From contig JADFCZ010000013.1 in assembly GCA_018263295.1 (NCBI GenBank), forward strand, positions 3,151-67,150: a stretch of DNA of 64,000 nucleotides. Reading direction: 5' to 3'. The position numbers were made by a program, and so were the translations under genes. This DNA is from Conexibacter sp. Lineage in GTDB: Bacteria; Actinomycetota; Thermoleophilia; Solirubrobacterales; 70-9. Shown in pieces: positions 10,712 through 23,416 of the stretch (position 1 is the stretch's first letter; every line of letters begins with the position of its first letter). The notes beneath the pieces were generated by a model, which was not told the origin of the DNA, did no database searches, and saw nothing but the letters and a program-made list of their open reading frames with translations.

Positions 10712-11821
10712 GCGGCGGCCTTGCCGGCGGCGCTCTGCAACAGGTACTCGCGGATGAACCCGTCGAGGTCGCCGTCGAGGACGCGCTGGGCGTCCCCGAC
10801 CTCGTGGCCGGTGCGGTGGTCCTTGACACGGGTCGAGGGGTGAAGCGTGTAGCTGCGGATCTGCGAGCCCCACTCGACCGCCTTCTGCTCGCCACGGGCC
10901 GCGGCCATCTCCTCCTCGCGCTTGCGCTCCTCCTCGGCGATCAGCCGGGCGCGGAGCATCTGCATCGCGGTCGCCTTGTTCTGGGTCTGCGAGCGCTCGT
11001 TCTGGCACTGGACGACGATCCCGGTCGGGACGTGCGTGAGGCGGACGGCGGAATCGGTCTTGTTGACGTGCTGTCCGCCGGCGCCCGAGGCGCGGTAGGT
11101 GTCGACGCGGATGTCGGCCTCATCGAGCTCGACCTCGACGTCGTCGGAGACCAGCGGCGAGACGTCGAGCTGGGCGAATGCGGTGTGACGGCGCGACTGC
11201 GAGTCGAAGGGCGAGATCCGGACGAGCCGGTGGACGCCGCGCTCGGCGGCGAAGAGGCCGTAGGCGTTCTCGCCGCGAGCGATGAAGGTCGCCGACTTGA
11301 GGCCCGCCTCCTCCCCCTCGGACGCCTCCTTCATCTCGACCTCGAATCCGCGCGACTCGGCCCAGCGCAGGTACATCCGCAGCAGCATCTCGGCCCAGTC
11401 CTGAGAGTCGGTGCCGCCGGCGCCGGAGCGGATCGTGACGACGGCGTCGCCGGCGTCGTGCTCGCCGCTGAACAGGCGCTGCTCCTCGAGCTCGGCCAGG
11501 CGGGTCGCGATCGAGTCGAGCTGGCCCTCGAGCTCGGCCGCCATCTCCTCGTCCTCGGCGGCCATCTCGGCGAGCTCGCCGAGATCCTCGACGTCGGCCG
11601 AGATGCCCTCCCAGAGGTCGATCTTGCGCTTTGCGCGCGTGTGCTCGGCGGAGACCTTCGCGGCGCGCTCCTGGTCGTCCCAGAAGCCCGGTGCCTGCAT
11701 CTCCCCCTCGAGCCGCTCTACCTCGGACCGCAGCTGATCCGGGTCAAAGGTAGTCCCGGAGCAGCGTCAACTGCTCGCGGACCTCCGCGATGCGGGCGTT
11801 GGTCTCGGGCGCCTCGCTCAT
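10708..11821 (-). CDS. prfB: Peptide chain release factor 2, encoded in two frames joined by a programmed +1 frameshift
   Basis: SPF and GGQ motifs are present ([18 protein letters not shown]). Frame 0 (ATG 11821) encodes [25 protein letters not shown] and then TGA. The +1 frame continues [24 protein letters not shown]... into the 330-aa ORF. Confidence 0.9.
11743..11749 (-). other. prfB: Programmed +1 ribosomal frameshift site CTT TGA C of prfB
   Basis: The minus strand reads CGG GAC TAC CTT TGA CCC. This heptanucleotide is identical to the canonical RF2 autoregulatory shift site at codon 26. Confidence 0.85.
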
Positions 11822-11840
11822 CGGCGATGGAGGCTAGCGG

Positions 11841-11862
11841 GGCGGGCCGACCGTGGCCCGCC
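11841..11862 (-). terminator. GC hairpin GGCGGGCC-n6-GGCCCGCC between the secreted-protein gene and prfB
   Basis: Perfect 8-bp inverted repeat 19 nt after the stop at 11881. There is no U-tract. Confidence 0.3.
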
Positions 11863-11880
11863 TCGCATCGCCAACGGGCC

Positions 11881-12948
11881 TCAGCGCGCGGGCAGCACGA
11901 ACGGGTACTGCGTCGTGACCTTGTCCTTTGCGGAGTCGCGAAGCCGCAGGCTCAGGTTGCCCTTGCCATTGACGGCGGAGGGCCTGAGCGGGACATCGAC
12001 CTTGGTCTTCCCGGGCTCGACGTCGACCCGGACGTGGCCGATGCGCTTGCCGTGCTTGCGCAGGACCGCGTTCACCCGGATCGCCTCGCCGGCCTCGATC
12101 GTCGCGGTGACCTTGCGGTCGTCCCCCGCCGTCGTGGTCAGCTTCGCGACCGACGCCGCCACGATGCTCGCACCGAGCGGCTCCTCGCCGGGGCTCAGCT
12201 CGTAGGCGCCCCAGGGCGGGTTCGCGTTGACGATCCGGCCCGGCTTGCACGTCGCGAGGAAGCTCGCGAAGCGGGTGTCGGGGCTGGACGTCTCGATCCG
12301 GTAGGTGCCGGTCGGGACCTCGGTCCAGACGATGCCGCCGTCCTCGCTCGTCTCGGTCTTCGAAGGGTCCGGGATCACGTTCTCGTTGAAGTACACCGGG
12401 CCGTCGAGCGCCGGCGACTCCGACGAGGTCGCGCCCTCGACGCCGTGCGGCGTCCGGTCCCAGAACGTCTGATAGTCGACACCGCGCACGTTGCGGGCGG
12501 AGGCGGTGGTGACGATCACGCACTGCTCGGGCCGGCCCGTGTCCGGGTCGATCGGGACCGAGAGGATCGCCGCCAGTCCCGCGTACTCGCCGTCTGCCGG
12601 CGTCTGGAAGTTGGCGTTCTCGATGTCCTCGCCGCGCGTGTGGAACGTCTGCAGGTCGATCTCGTTGTAGCCGTCGGGCGGATCGATGTAGGGGGTGACG
12701 TTCGTGTCGTCCGGAACCTCGAGCACGTAGTCGCCGTTCGCGTCCGTGGTGGCGGTCAGCCCGGGGATCTCGCGAACCTTGATCGTGGCGCCGGCCAGGA
12801 ACGTGTCCATGTGGTTGAACGCGTAGGCGCGCCCGGAGATCGTCACGGTGTCGCTCGGCAGACCGGCGCTGGCGGCGCCGGGCAGCGCCAGCGCTCCGGC
12901 GGCGATCGCGGCGAGCAGCAGTACTCGCAGACTCAGGTGCATCTTCAC
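11881..12948 (-). CDS. Secreted hypothetical protein with a carboxypeptidase-regulatory-like / Ig-like beta-sandwich N-terminal domain
   Basis: Signal peptide MKMHLSLRVLLLAAIAAGALALPGAASA. Segment TISGRAYAF...GATIKVREIPGLTATTDANGDYVLEVP resembles the CarboxypepD_reg fold. Strong GC3 bias. Confidence 0.6.
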   Translation of the reverse strand: MKMHLSLRVLLLAAIAAGALALPGAASAGLPSDTVTISGRAYAFNHMDTFLAGATIKVREIPGLTATTDANGDYVLEVPDDTNVTPYIDPPDGYNEIDLQTFHTRGEDIENANFQTPADGEYAGLAAILSVPIDPDTGRPEQCVIVTTASARNVRGVDYQTFWDRTPHGVEGATSSESPALDGPVYFNENVIPDPSKTETSEDGGIVWTEVPTGTYRIETSSPDTRFASFLATCKPGRIVNANPPWGAYELSPGEEPLGASIVAASVAKLTTTAGDDRKVTATIEAGEAIRVNAVLRKHGKRIGHVRVDVEPGKTKVDVPLRPSAVNGKGNLSLRLRDSAKDKVTTQYPFVLPAR

Positions 12949-13083
12949 TTGGCCCTTTCTCTCAGGGTGCGGCCGATCCGCACGCGGGAAAACGAACCCC
13001 CGAATGAGGCGTCGATCGTAACGCCGTCAGGTGAGCCCGGCGCCGGTGGGAACTACGGAAGCGTCATCCGAGCGTCCCGGCCC

Positions 13084-15954
<2,871 letters not shown>

Positions 15955-16035
15955 CGAGGTCAGAGTACCGAACGGCCGGTCCGCTTTCGGCCGCTTCGCG
16001 CCCGGCGGCCGGGCGCTGTCGATGCGGGAGCCGGC

Positions 16036-16383
16036 TCAGGCCTCCCGGTTGCGCATCCGCGCCATCAGCCGGCGCGTCTCGGTCCGCTTGCGCCGCAGCT
16101 CGCGATGCCGCTTCACCTGGCGGCGGATGTCGAGCGCGACCTCCTTGATCGAGTGGTCCATCTTCTCCGAGCGCTCCTCCGCATGGAGGGTCGTCCGCTT
16201 CAGCCGCAGCGTCGCCTCCGCCACGTACTTCTCGCGGATCGCGGGGTTCGTCTCCTCGCGGAGGACGATCTCGAGGCGGGAGTGCTCGGAGACCTGGCGG
16301 CCGACCCGGTCGAATCGCTTGCGGATGCTCTCGCGGCACTCGCCATCGACCTCGAATCCGCGGCCGACGATCTCGATCTGCAC
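16036..16383 (-). CDS. hpf: Ribosome hibernation promoting factor (short HPF/RaiA type)
   Basis: Sequence VQIEIVGRGFEV....R..I.KRF.R.....LEIVL.EE.NP....K...EATL.LK...LHAEE is typical of sigma-54-modulation/HPF proteins. GTG at 16383 is preceded by GAGAGGAG. Confidence 0.8.
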   Translation of the reverse strand: MQIEIVGRGFEVDGECRESIRKRFDRVGRQVSEHSRLEIVLREETNPAIREKYVAEATLRLKRTTLHAEERSEKMDHSIKEVALDIRRQVKRHRELRRKRTETRRLMARMRNREA

Positions 16384-16450
16384 GGTGGGCTCCTCTCTGT
16401 CGCCTTCGGTCCGCGCATCCTTATGCACGCGGGCGCGAATCGCAACCGTT

Positions 16451-17101
16451 TCAGCGCGGCGGAACGGCGGCGATCGCGACCGCCCGGACGGCCCCCGATC
16501 CAGCTCGCCGAAGAGCCCGCGCGCAGGCGTCGAGGGTCGCCCCGGTCGTCACCACGTCGTCGACCAGCAGGACGCTCCGGGGCGCGGGGCCGGACGCCTC
16601 GACGACCGGCGGGGAGGCGAGCCTTCGCCGGCGCGAGCCGCCGCGCTGGCGCCGGCGATCGCGGCGGCGAAGGACCGGCGCAGCGGCTGCCCCGGTGTCG
16701 GCGGCGATCGCGGCGGCGATCTCCCAGGCGGGGTCGAACCCGCGCCGGCGGGCGCGCAGCGGCGAGGCCGGGACCGGGACGATCGCGGCGTCGAGCCAGC
16801 CCTCCGGCGCCCGATCGGCGATCAGGGCGGCCCCGAGCGCGGCGACCGCCGGCAACCGCGAGAACTTCAGCGCGGCGACGAGCGCCCGCCCCGCACCCTC
16901 GTACGCGAGCGGGGCGAAGCCGCCGTCGAGCGCGTCGGCGCGAAGCGGGAATCCGGGCGAGCGCTCGACCTCGTCCCGGCAGGCCCCGCACAACGCCGGG
17001 CCGGCCGGAGCCTGCGCGAGCGGACGCCGGCAGCAGATGCAGTGCGGAGCCGCGAGCACGGACACCAGCTCGGCCCGGATCGAACGAAGGGTCGCCACCA
17101 A
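16451..17101 (-). CDS. ComF family protein (ComFC-like phosphoribosyltransferase domain)
   Basis: N-terminal Cys pairs (CICCRRPL...CGAC) and the PRTase motif VLLVDDVVTTGATL. Confidence 0.75.
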   Translation of the reverse strand: MVATLRSIRAELVSVLAAPHCICCRRPLAQAPAGPALCGACRDEVERSPGFPLRADALDGGFAPLAYEGAGRALVAALKFSRLPAVAALGAALIADRAPEGWLDAAIVPVPASPLRARRRGFDPAWEIAAAIAADTGAAAAPVLRRRDRRRQRGGSRRRRLASPPVVEASGPAPRSVLLVDDVVTTGATLDACARALRRAGSGAVRAVAIAAVPPR

Positions 17102-17179
17102 CCGATCGTGGCGGTGGCGGGCGTACGGGTCAGCACCGATTCGCGACCGAATGCAGCGGGCGCGAGACGATTCGGACGG

Positions 17180-18961
17180 CTACGCGATGACGGTCCGGTC
17201 CCGGCCCGTCTGCTTCGCCTCGTAGAGGGCTTCGTCGGCGCGGCCGAGGAGCTCGTCGGCCGACTCGACGCCGTCCCAGACGGCGAGGCCGGCGGAGCAG
17301 GACTGGCCCGCCGGAGTCACCTCGCGAAGCCGGACAAGGTGGCCGGCCTGCTCGAGGTCGCAGCCGGGCAGTGCAACCGCAAACTCCTCGCCGCCGTAGC
17401 GGGCGAGCAGATCGGTGTCGCGGAGGACCGTCCGCCAGGCGCTCGCCGCCTCGCGCAGCACCCGGTCGCCGGCCTGGTGGCCGTGGCGGTCGTTGTATGT
17501 CTTGAAGCGATCGAGGTCGAGCATCGCGACCGCGAGCGGGTCGTCGGTGCGGCGCGAGCGGCCGACCTCGCGCTCGAGCTCGAGGTTCCACGCCCGGCGG
17601 TTGATCAGGCCGGTCAGATCGTCGGTGTGGGCCATCCGCTCGAGCCTGTCGAGCAGGGCGGCGCGCTCGATCGCGACACCGGCCTCGGCCGCGATCAGCG
17701 ACATCAGCCGCTCGAGCCGCTGGGTCGGCGCCGCCACCTTGCTGTTCCAGCCGATCGTGATCACCCCGACCGCGTCGTCCTCCTGGACGATCGGGACCCA
17801 GTAGACCGAGACGAGGTCGCGGCCGCGGAAGAATGCCCGCCGGACCGAGCGGTCGGCGGCGACGTCCTCGGAGAAGTAGGGCTCGCGGCTCCCGAAGACC
17901 CGAACCGATGCGGCCGCCTGGGTGAACTGGACCATCTCGCCGACGAGGTCGACCCCGACCGAGGCCGTCGTCCGCAGCCCTGTCCCCGACGCATCCGGTT
18001 CGAGCAGCGCGGCCGCGTCGGCGCCGGCCATCCGCGCGGCCGCCCGGCAGATCGCGGCCCGCGCCTCGCTGGAGACGTTGCTGCGGGCGAGCTCGCCGAC
18101 GGCCGCCGCGAGCACGGCGAACTCGTCGGCGTGCTCGCGCATCTCCCGCTCGGCCGCCTTTCGCGCGGTGATGTCGTGCATGAGCGCGTGAACCGCCGTC
18201 TCGCCGTCGACCTCGGCGATCGTCACCGCGAGTTCGATCGGGAACGTCCTGCCGTCGCGATCGCGAGCGTGCCGTTCGGTCCGGATCTCGAACCTTCCGG
18301 TCGCCGGGATGCCGGGCCAGCTCCGCGAGAGCATCCCGCGGAGCTCCTCGACGTCCTCGGGCGGCACGATCAAGTCCGAGATCTGCCGCCCGAGCGCCTC
18401 CGCCGCCGACCAGCCGAAGGTCGTCTCGGCGGCGCGGTTCCAGCCGGTGACGATGCCCTCCGCGTCGGTCGACACGTAGGCCTCGTTCATCAGGTCGAGG
18501 ACGACCTGCCGCTCCGCCGCCTTGGCGGTGAGCTCACGTCGGCCGGTGATGTTGTCGAGCACCGCGATCACGCCCGAGATCGAGCCGCCGTCGTGCATCG
18601 GGGCGAGCCGGATGGCGTAGACGCGCCCGCTGTCGGGACTGGCGTACTCGAACGCCCGCATCTCGCCGCTCAGCGCCGCGCGGTACTGGTCGACGTACCA
18701 GTCGCGGTCCTCCGCCGTCGGGATCAGCTCACCGACCTGCTTGCCCATCGGGTCGAGGTCGAGCGTGCGAAAGCTCTCGCCGAGCGCGAGCGTCACCCGG
18801 AGGTCGCGGTCGAAGCAGAGGACCGACGTCATCGGCAGTTGCCCCAGCATCTGCCGGTAGCGACGCTCGCGATTGACGCTGCGGCGGGTCAGCAGGATCG
18901 TCACGACGACGGCGGTGAACGCCGCGACGAGACCGATCTCCAAGCCATCCACAACCGTCAT
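17180..18961 (-). CDS. Membrane-anchored PAS/PAS/GAF sensor diguanylate cyclase (GGDEF domain)
   Basis: N-terminal TM helix and two PAS-like segments, then a GAF-like region. C-terminal GGDEF domain (DLDRFKTYNDRHGHQAGD...RYGGEEFAVALPG). Confidence 0.85.
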   Translation of the reverse strand: MTVVDGLEIGLVAAFTAVVVTILLTRRSVNRERRYRQMLGQLPMTSVLCFDRDLRVTLALGESFRTLDLDPMGKQVGELIPTAEDRDWYVDQYRAALSGEMRAFEYASPDSGRVYAIRLAPMHDGGSISGVIAVLDNITGRRELTAKAAERQVVLDLMNEAYVSTDAEGIVTGWNRAAETTFGWSAAEALGRQISDLIVPPEDVEELRGMLSRSWPGIPATGRFEIRTERHARDRDGRTFPIELAVTIAEVDGETAVHALMHDITARKAAEREMREHADEFAVLAAAVGELARSNVSSEARAAICRAAARMAGADAAALLEPDASGTGLRTTASVGVDLVGEMVQFTQAAASVRVFGSREPYFSEDVAADRSVRRAFFRGRDLVSVYWVPIVQEDDAVGVITIGWNSKVAAPTQRLERLMSLIAAEAGVAIERAALLDRLERMAHTDDLTGLINRRAWNLELEREVGRSRRTDDPLAVAMLDLDRFKTYNDRHGHQAGDRVLREAASAWRTVLRDTDLLARYGGEEFAVALPGCDLEQAGHLVRLREVTPAGQSCSAGLAVWDGVESADELLGRADEALYEAKQTGRDRTVIA

Positions 18962-19090
18962 CTGCAGCTTTTCCCAATCCCGCGGGCGACGCCCGCTCGC
19001 ACCCGCGTTATATCGGCTGGACCCACGAACTCCTTGACCGGAGTTGAACTCGTAGTGTTGCCCGATCGCGACGCCGGGAACGGCGGCGCC

Positions 19091-20128
19091 TCAGTCGGCG
19101 AAGACGATCTCCTCGACCGCGGCGAGGTCGGGCTCGCAACCGATCACGGCGGGGGCCTTGCCGAGCGCCGTGTCGGGGTCCTTCAGCCCGTGTCCGGTGA
19201 GCACGCAGACGACGGTCTCGGGCCGGCCGCCGCCGGGGAGGTCGGGAAGCCCGTGGGCGAGGATCCCGGCGACCGAAGCCGCCGAGGCCGGCTCGCAGAA
19301 GACGCCCTCGCCGGCGGCGAGCAGCCGGTAGGCATCGAGGATCTGCTCGTCCTCGACCGCCGCGATCCGCCCCCGTGAGGAGGTGACCGCGTCCATCGCC
19401 TCCTCCCAGCGCGCCGGGTTGCCGATCCGGATCGCCGATGCGACCGTCTCCGGCGCCTCGACCGGATGGCCCAGCACCAGCGGCGCCGCTCCGGCGGCCT
19501 GGAAGCCGAGCAGCATCGGCATCTTCTCTCCGTACTCGTCGAAACCGCGGCGGTAGGCGGTGACGTTGCCGGCGTTGCCGACCGGGATCGCGAGCACGTC
19601 AGGCGCTCCGCCGAGGTCGTCGCAGACCTCGAACGAGGCCGTCTTCTGGCCCTCGATCCGGTGCGGGTTGACGGAGTTGACGAGCTCGATCGGGTGGCGG
19701 TCGGCGAGCTCCCGGACGATCCGCAGGGCGTCGTCGAAGTTGCCGCGAAGGGCGATCACCCGCGCCCCGTGCATGAGCGCCTGGGCGAGCTTGCCGATCG
19801 CGATCTTTCCCTCGGGCACGATCACGGCGCCGCGGAGCCCGGCCCGCGCGGCGTAGGCGGCGGCGCTGGCGGCGGTGTTCCCGGTCGAGGCGCAGATCAC
19901 CGCCTCGGCGCCGTCGGCGACGGCGCGCGAGACCGCGACAGTCATCCCGCGGTCCTTGAACGACCCGGTCGGGTTCGCGCCCTCGATCTTCAGGTGGACC
20001 TGGGCCCCGACGCGCTCGGAGATCGCCGGCGCGGGCAGCAGCGGCGTGCCGCCCTCGTCGAGGGTGACGACGGGATCGTCCGGACCGATCGGCAGCCGCT
20101 CGCGGTACCGCTCGATCAGACCGCTCAC
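19091..20128 (-). CDS. thrC: Threonine synthase
   Basis: PLP-lysine block [11 protein letters not shown] and GNAGN loop. GTG at 20128 is preceded by GAAGGAG and overlaps the hom stop (GTGA). The N-terminal part of track ORF 19091..21064 is spurious. Confidence 0.9.
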   Translation of the reverse strand: MSGLIERYRERLPIGPDDPVVTLDEGGTPLLPAPAISERVGAQVHLKIEGANPTGSFKDRGMTVAVSRAVADGAEAVICASTGNTAASAAAYAARAGLRGAVIVPEGKIAIGKLAQALMHGARVIALRGNFDDALRIVRELADRHPIELVNSVNPHRIEGQKTASFEVCDDLGGAPDVLAIPVGNAGNVTAYRRGFDEYGEKMPMLLGFQAAGAAPLVLGHPVEAPETVASAIRIGNPARWEEAMDAVTSSRGRIAAVEDEQILDAYRLLAAGEGVFCEPASAASVAGILAHGLPDLPGGGRPETVVCVLTGHGLKDPDTALGKAPAVIGCEPDLAAVEEIVFAD

Positions 20129-21354
20129 GAATACTCCTTCTCGATCACCCTGATCGCGCGGGGCGCGGCGCCGAGGAAATCGAGATCGGAGATCTGCTCG
20201 AGGGCCGCGTAGAAGGAGCGCTCGGGGGCGCGGTGGGTGACCATCACGAGGCTCGCCTCGCGGCCGGTCCCCTGCTGGACGACGCTCTTGACCGAGATTC
20301 CGTTGCGGCCGATCACGTCGGCCACACGCGCCAGCACGCCGGGCTCGTCGGCGACCTCGAGGTGCAGGTAGAACGAGGATTCGAGATCGTCGAGGATCTC
20401 GAGCCGGCGATCGGCGAAGTGGACGGGCGCCTCCCCGGTGAGAATCGAGGAGACGTCGGCGAGCACCGCCGAGGCCGTCTCGATTCCGCCGGCGCCGGGT
20501 CCGGAGATCGTGATCTCGCTGATCGTCGGGCCCTCGAGCGTCACCGCGTTGAACGGGCCCTCGACCGGAGCCAGCGGGTGCCCGCGATAGAGGAAGCAGG
20601 GGAAGACGCGGACGCTGATCGCGCCGCCGTGCTTCTCGGCGACTCCGAGCAGCTTCAGCGACAACCCGAGGTCCTTGGCGTAGGCGAGGTCGTCGGGGCG
20701 GATCTCGGTGATGCCCTCGAAGGAGACGTCCTCGAGTCCGACCCTCGTGTCGAAAGCGAGCCGGGCGAGGATCGCCATCTTCGCCGCGGCGTCGGCACCG
20801 TTGACGTCGTCGGTCGGGTCGGCCTCCGCGTAGCCGAGCTCCTGGGCCCGCGCGAGGACGTCGGCGTAGGAGGCGCCGGTGCTGGCCATCTCGCTGAGGA
20901 TGAAATTGGTGGTCCCGTTGACGATTCCCGAGATCCGCTCGATCGGGAGCACCCCGTGGCCCTCCTGGACGACCCGGATCACGGGAACCGCGCCCGCGAC
21001 CGCGGCCTCGTAGCGGATCTGAACTCCGGCCGACCGCGCAGCCTCGAAGAGCTCGTCGCCGCACTGCGCGACGAGCTGCTTGTTCGCGGTCACCACCGGC
21101 TTGCCGGCGCGAAGCGCCCGCAGCACGTAGTCGCGGGCGGGATCGATGCCGCCGATCAGCTCGACGATCAGGTCGGAGCCCTCGAGGATCGACTCGAAGT
21201 CGCCCTCGCTGCGGCGGAGCACTCCGCTGATCTCGGGGCGGATGCCGGACGCCGCCTCGACCGCGTCGGCCCGGTCCGCGATGAGCTCGTGGAAGGCACC
21301 GCCGACGGTCCCGCGGCCGAGCAGCCCGATCCTTGTCACCCGGGCCTCAGACAT
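20125..21354 (-). CDS. hom: Homoserine dehydrogenase with a C-terminal ACT domain
   Basis: Blocks [17 protein letters not shown] and AEADPT.DV.G.DAA.K. ATG at 21354 overlaps the lysA stop by 8 nt. Confidence 0.9.
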   Translation of the reverse strand: MSEARVTRIGLLGRGTVGGAFHELIADRADAVEAASGIRPEISGVLRRSEGDFESILEGSDLIVELIGGIDPARDYVLRALRAGKPVVTANKQLVAQCGDELFEAARSAGVQIRYEAAVAGAVPVIRVVQEGHGVLPIERISGIVNGTTNFILSEMASTGASYADVLARAQELGYAEADPTDDVNGADAAAKMAILARLAFDTRVGLEDVSFEGITEIRPDDLAYAKDLGLSLKLLGVAEKHGGAISVRVFPCFLYRGHPLAPVEGPFNAVTLEGPTISEITISGPGAGGIETASAVLADVSSILTGEAPVHFADRRLEILDDLESSFYLHLEVADEPGVLARVADVIGRNGISVKSVVQQGTGREASLVMVTHRAPERSFYAALEQISDLDFLGAAPRAIRVIEKEYS

Positions 21355-22651
21355 CGCGCGACACCAGGTCCCCGTAGGTTTCGCGGCGGACCGCGAGGGT
21401 GGCGCGACCGTCGCCGCAGAAGACGACCGGCGGGCGCGGGACGCCGTTGTAGTTGTTGGCCATCGCGTAGCCGTAAGCACCGGTCGCCGGGGTGACCAGC
21501 AGGTCGCCGGGGCGGGGATCGGCGAGGGCGACGTCGCGGACGAGGATGTCGCCGGACTCGCAATGCTTGCCGGCGACGGTGCTGAGCACGGTCGCCTCCT
21601 CGGCGGCGCGGTTGGCGATCAGCGCCTCGTACTCGGACCCGTAGAGCATGGGCCGCAGGTTGTCCGACATGCCGCCGTCGACTGCGACGTAGGTGCGGAC
21701 GCCCGGTATCTCCTTGACGGCGCCGACGGTGTAGATGGTCACGCCGGCGTTGCCGACGAGCGAGCGCCCGGGCTCGAGCAGGACCTTCGGCAGCGGGTCG
21801 AAGCAGCGCTCGAGCGCGTCGACCTTGAGGTCGACGTAGGCCTCGATCGACGGCGGCCGGTCGGTCCGCGAGTAGGCGATCCCGAGCCCGCCGCCCACGT
21901 TCATGATCCGCGGCGAATGCGGCCGGCAGAACTCGGCCATCAGCTCGATCGCGCGGACGTACGAGTCGAGCTCGTAGATCTGGGAGCCGAGGTGGGCGTG
22001 GAACCCGGCGAGCTCGAGGTGGCGGGAGGCGGCGATCGCGGCGATCGCCTGGTCGGCCTGACCGCCCTCGATCGCGAACCCGAACTTCGAGTCGATCTGG
22101 CCGGTCTGTACATAGGAGTGGGTCGAGGGCGAGACGCCCGGGGTCAGCCGGATCAGGACCTCCTGGTGGCGATCGGCGAGCCAGTCCGCCCGCGAGATCT
22201 CCTCGAGCGAGTCGACGACGATGCACCCGATCCCGGCGTCGAACGCCATCTTCAGCTCGGCCGCCGACTTGTTGTTGCCGTGCATGTAGATCCGGGCCGG
22301 GTCGAAGCCCGCGGCCAGCGCCATGTGGAGCTCGCCGCCGGAGGCGACGTCGACGCTCAGGCCCTCTTCGCGGAGAACCTTGTAGAGGGCGGTGATCGGC
22401 GCCGCCTTGCTGGCGTAGAGGACTTCCGAGTCGACCCCGCGGGCGGCGAGGGCGTCGGCGTAGGAGCGCGCCCGGGCCCGGACGTCGTCGGGCGCATAGA
22501 CATAGGCGGGCGTCCCGAACTCGCGCGCGACGTCGACGAGGTCGCAGCCGCCGACGATCACGTGGCCCTCGGCATCGACCGTGCTCCCGAGCGGGTAGAC
22601 GAGGGATCCGGTCACCGGATCGACGTGGGCTGTGGCGCCGCTGCGTGCCAT
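21347..22651 (-). CDS. lysA: Diaminopimelate decarboxylase
   Basis: 434 aa with the PLP-lysine region YASKA, plus HLGSQI, GGGLGI and CESGD blocks. The lysA-hom-thrC order matches other Actinobacteria. Confidence 0.9.
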   Translation of the reverse strand: MARSGATAHVDPVTGSLVYPLGSTVDAEGHVIVGGCDLVDVAREFGTPAYVYAPDDVRARARSYADALAARGVDSEVLYASKAAPITALYKVLREEGLSVDVASGGELHMALAAGFDPARIYMHGNNKSAAELKMAFDAGIGCIVVDSLEEISRADWLADRHQEVLIRLTPGVSPSTHSYVQTGQIDSKFGFAIEGGQADQAIAAIAASRHLELAGFHAHLGSQIYELDSYVRAIELMAEFCRPHSPRIMNVGGGLGIAYSRTDRPPSIEAYVDLKVDALERCFDPLPKVLLEPGRSLVGNAGVTIYTVGAVKEIPGVRTYVAVDGGMSDNLRPMLYGSEYEALIANRAAEEATVLSTVAGKHCESGDILVRDVALADPRPGDLLVTPATGAYGYAMANNYNGVPRPPVVFCGDGRATLAVRRETYGDLVSRDV

Positions 22652-22696
22652 CGGCGGTCATTCTCACACGCAACTCGCGACTAGGGTTGCCGGACG

Positions 22697-23416
22697 GTGC
22701 GCCTGGCAACCCCCGATCCCCCCGACCGCACCGGCGTCCACGAGGGACGGCCGTGGTGGATGTGGCTGCCGCGGAGCGCGCCGCCGTGGCCGGGGATGGT
22801 GATCCTGCACGGGGCCGGATCCGCCAAGGAGAACCACGCGGACTTCGGCCGTCTCTGCGCCGCCAACGGCTGGGCCGCGATCAGCTACGACCAGCGCGGC
22901 CACGGCGAGAGCGAGGACGAGATGGCGCCCGCGGCGGTCGCCGACGTCGGCCGGATGGCGGGCCTGCTCGCGGCGGTCGACGGAGTCGACGCGGGCTGCG
23001 TCTGCGCCCGCGGCTCGAGCATGGGCGGCTGGATGGCGATCCACGCGGCGGCTGTCGATCCGACCGTGGCCGGGGTGATCGCGATCTGCCCCGCTTCGGA
23101 GGAGGGCCTGCGCCGGGGTCTCCGGGCGGGCCGGTTCGAGATGCGCGCCGACGTCGCGGCGCTGGACGCCTGGCTCGGCGAGCACGACCTCCGCGACGCG
23201 ATCGCTCGGATCTCGCCCCGGCCCGTCGTCCTCCTCCACGCGCGCGGCGACGAGCAGGTGCCGAGCGAGTGGTCGGAGGAGCTCTATGCCCGCGCCGGCG
23301 ACCCGCGGCGAGTCCTGATCGTTCCCGGCGGGCACCATCGCTCGGTCCAGCACGACCCCGAGCTGCAGGTCACGGCGCTGCGGTGGCTCGCCCGCGAGCT
23401 CGGGCGCGGCGGCTAG
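22697..23416 (+). CDS. Alpha/beta hydrolase (dienelactone hydrolase / peptidase S9-like)
   Basis: HGAGS oxyanion region, nucleophile elbow GSSMGG, and later Asp (ARGDEQ) and His (GGHH). Confidence 0.7.
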   Translation: MRLATPDPPDRTGVHEGRPWWMWLPRSAPPWPGMVILHGAGSAKENHADFGRLCAANGWAAISYDQRGHGESEDEMAPAAVADVGRMAGLLAAVDGVDAGCVCARGSSMGGWMAIHAAAVDPTVAGVIAICPASEEGLRRGLRAGRFEMRADVAALDAWLGEHDLRDAIARISPRPVVLLHARGDEQVPSEWSEELYARAGDPRRVLIVPGGHHRSVQHDPELQVTALRWLARELGRGG

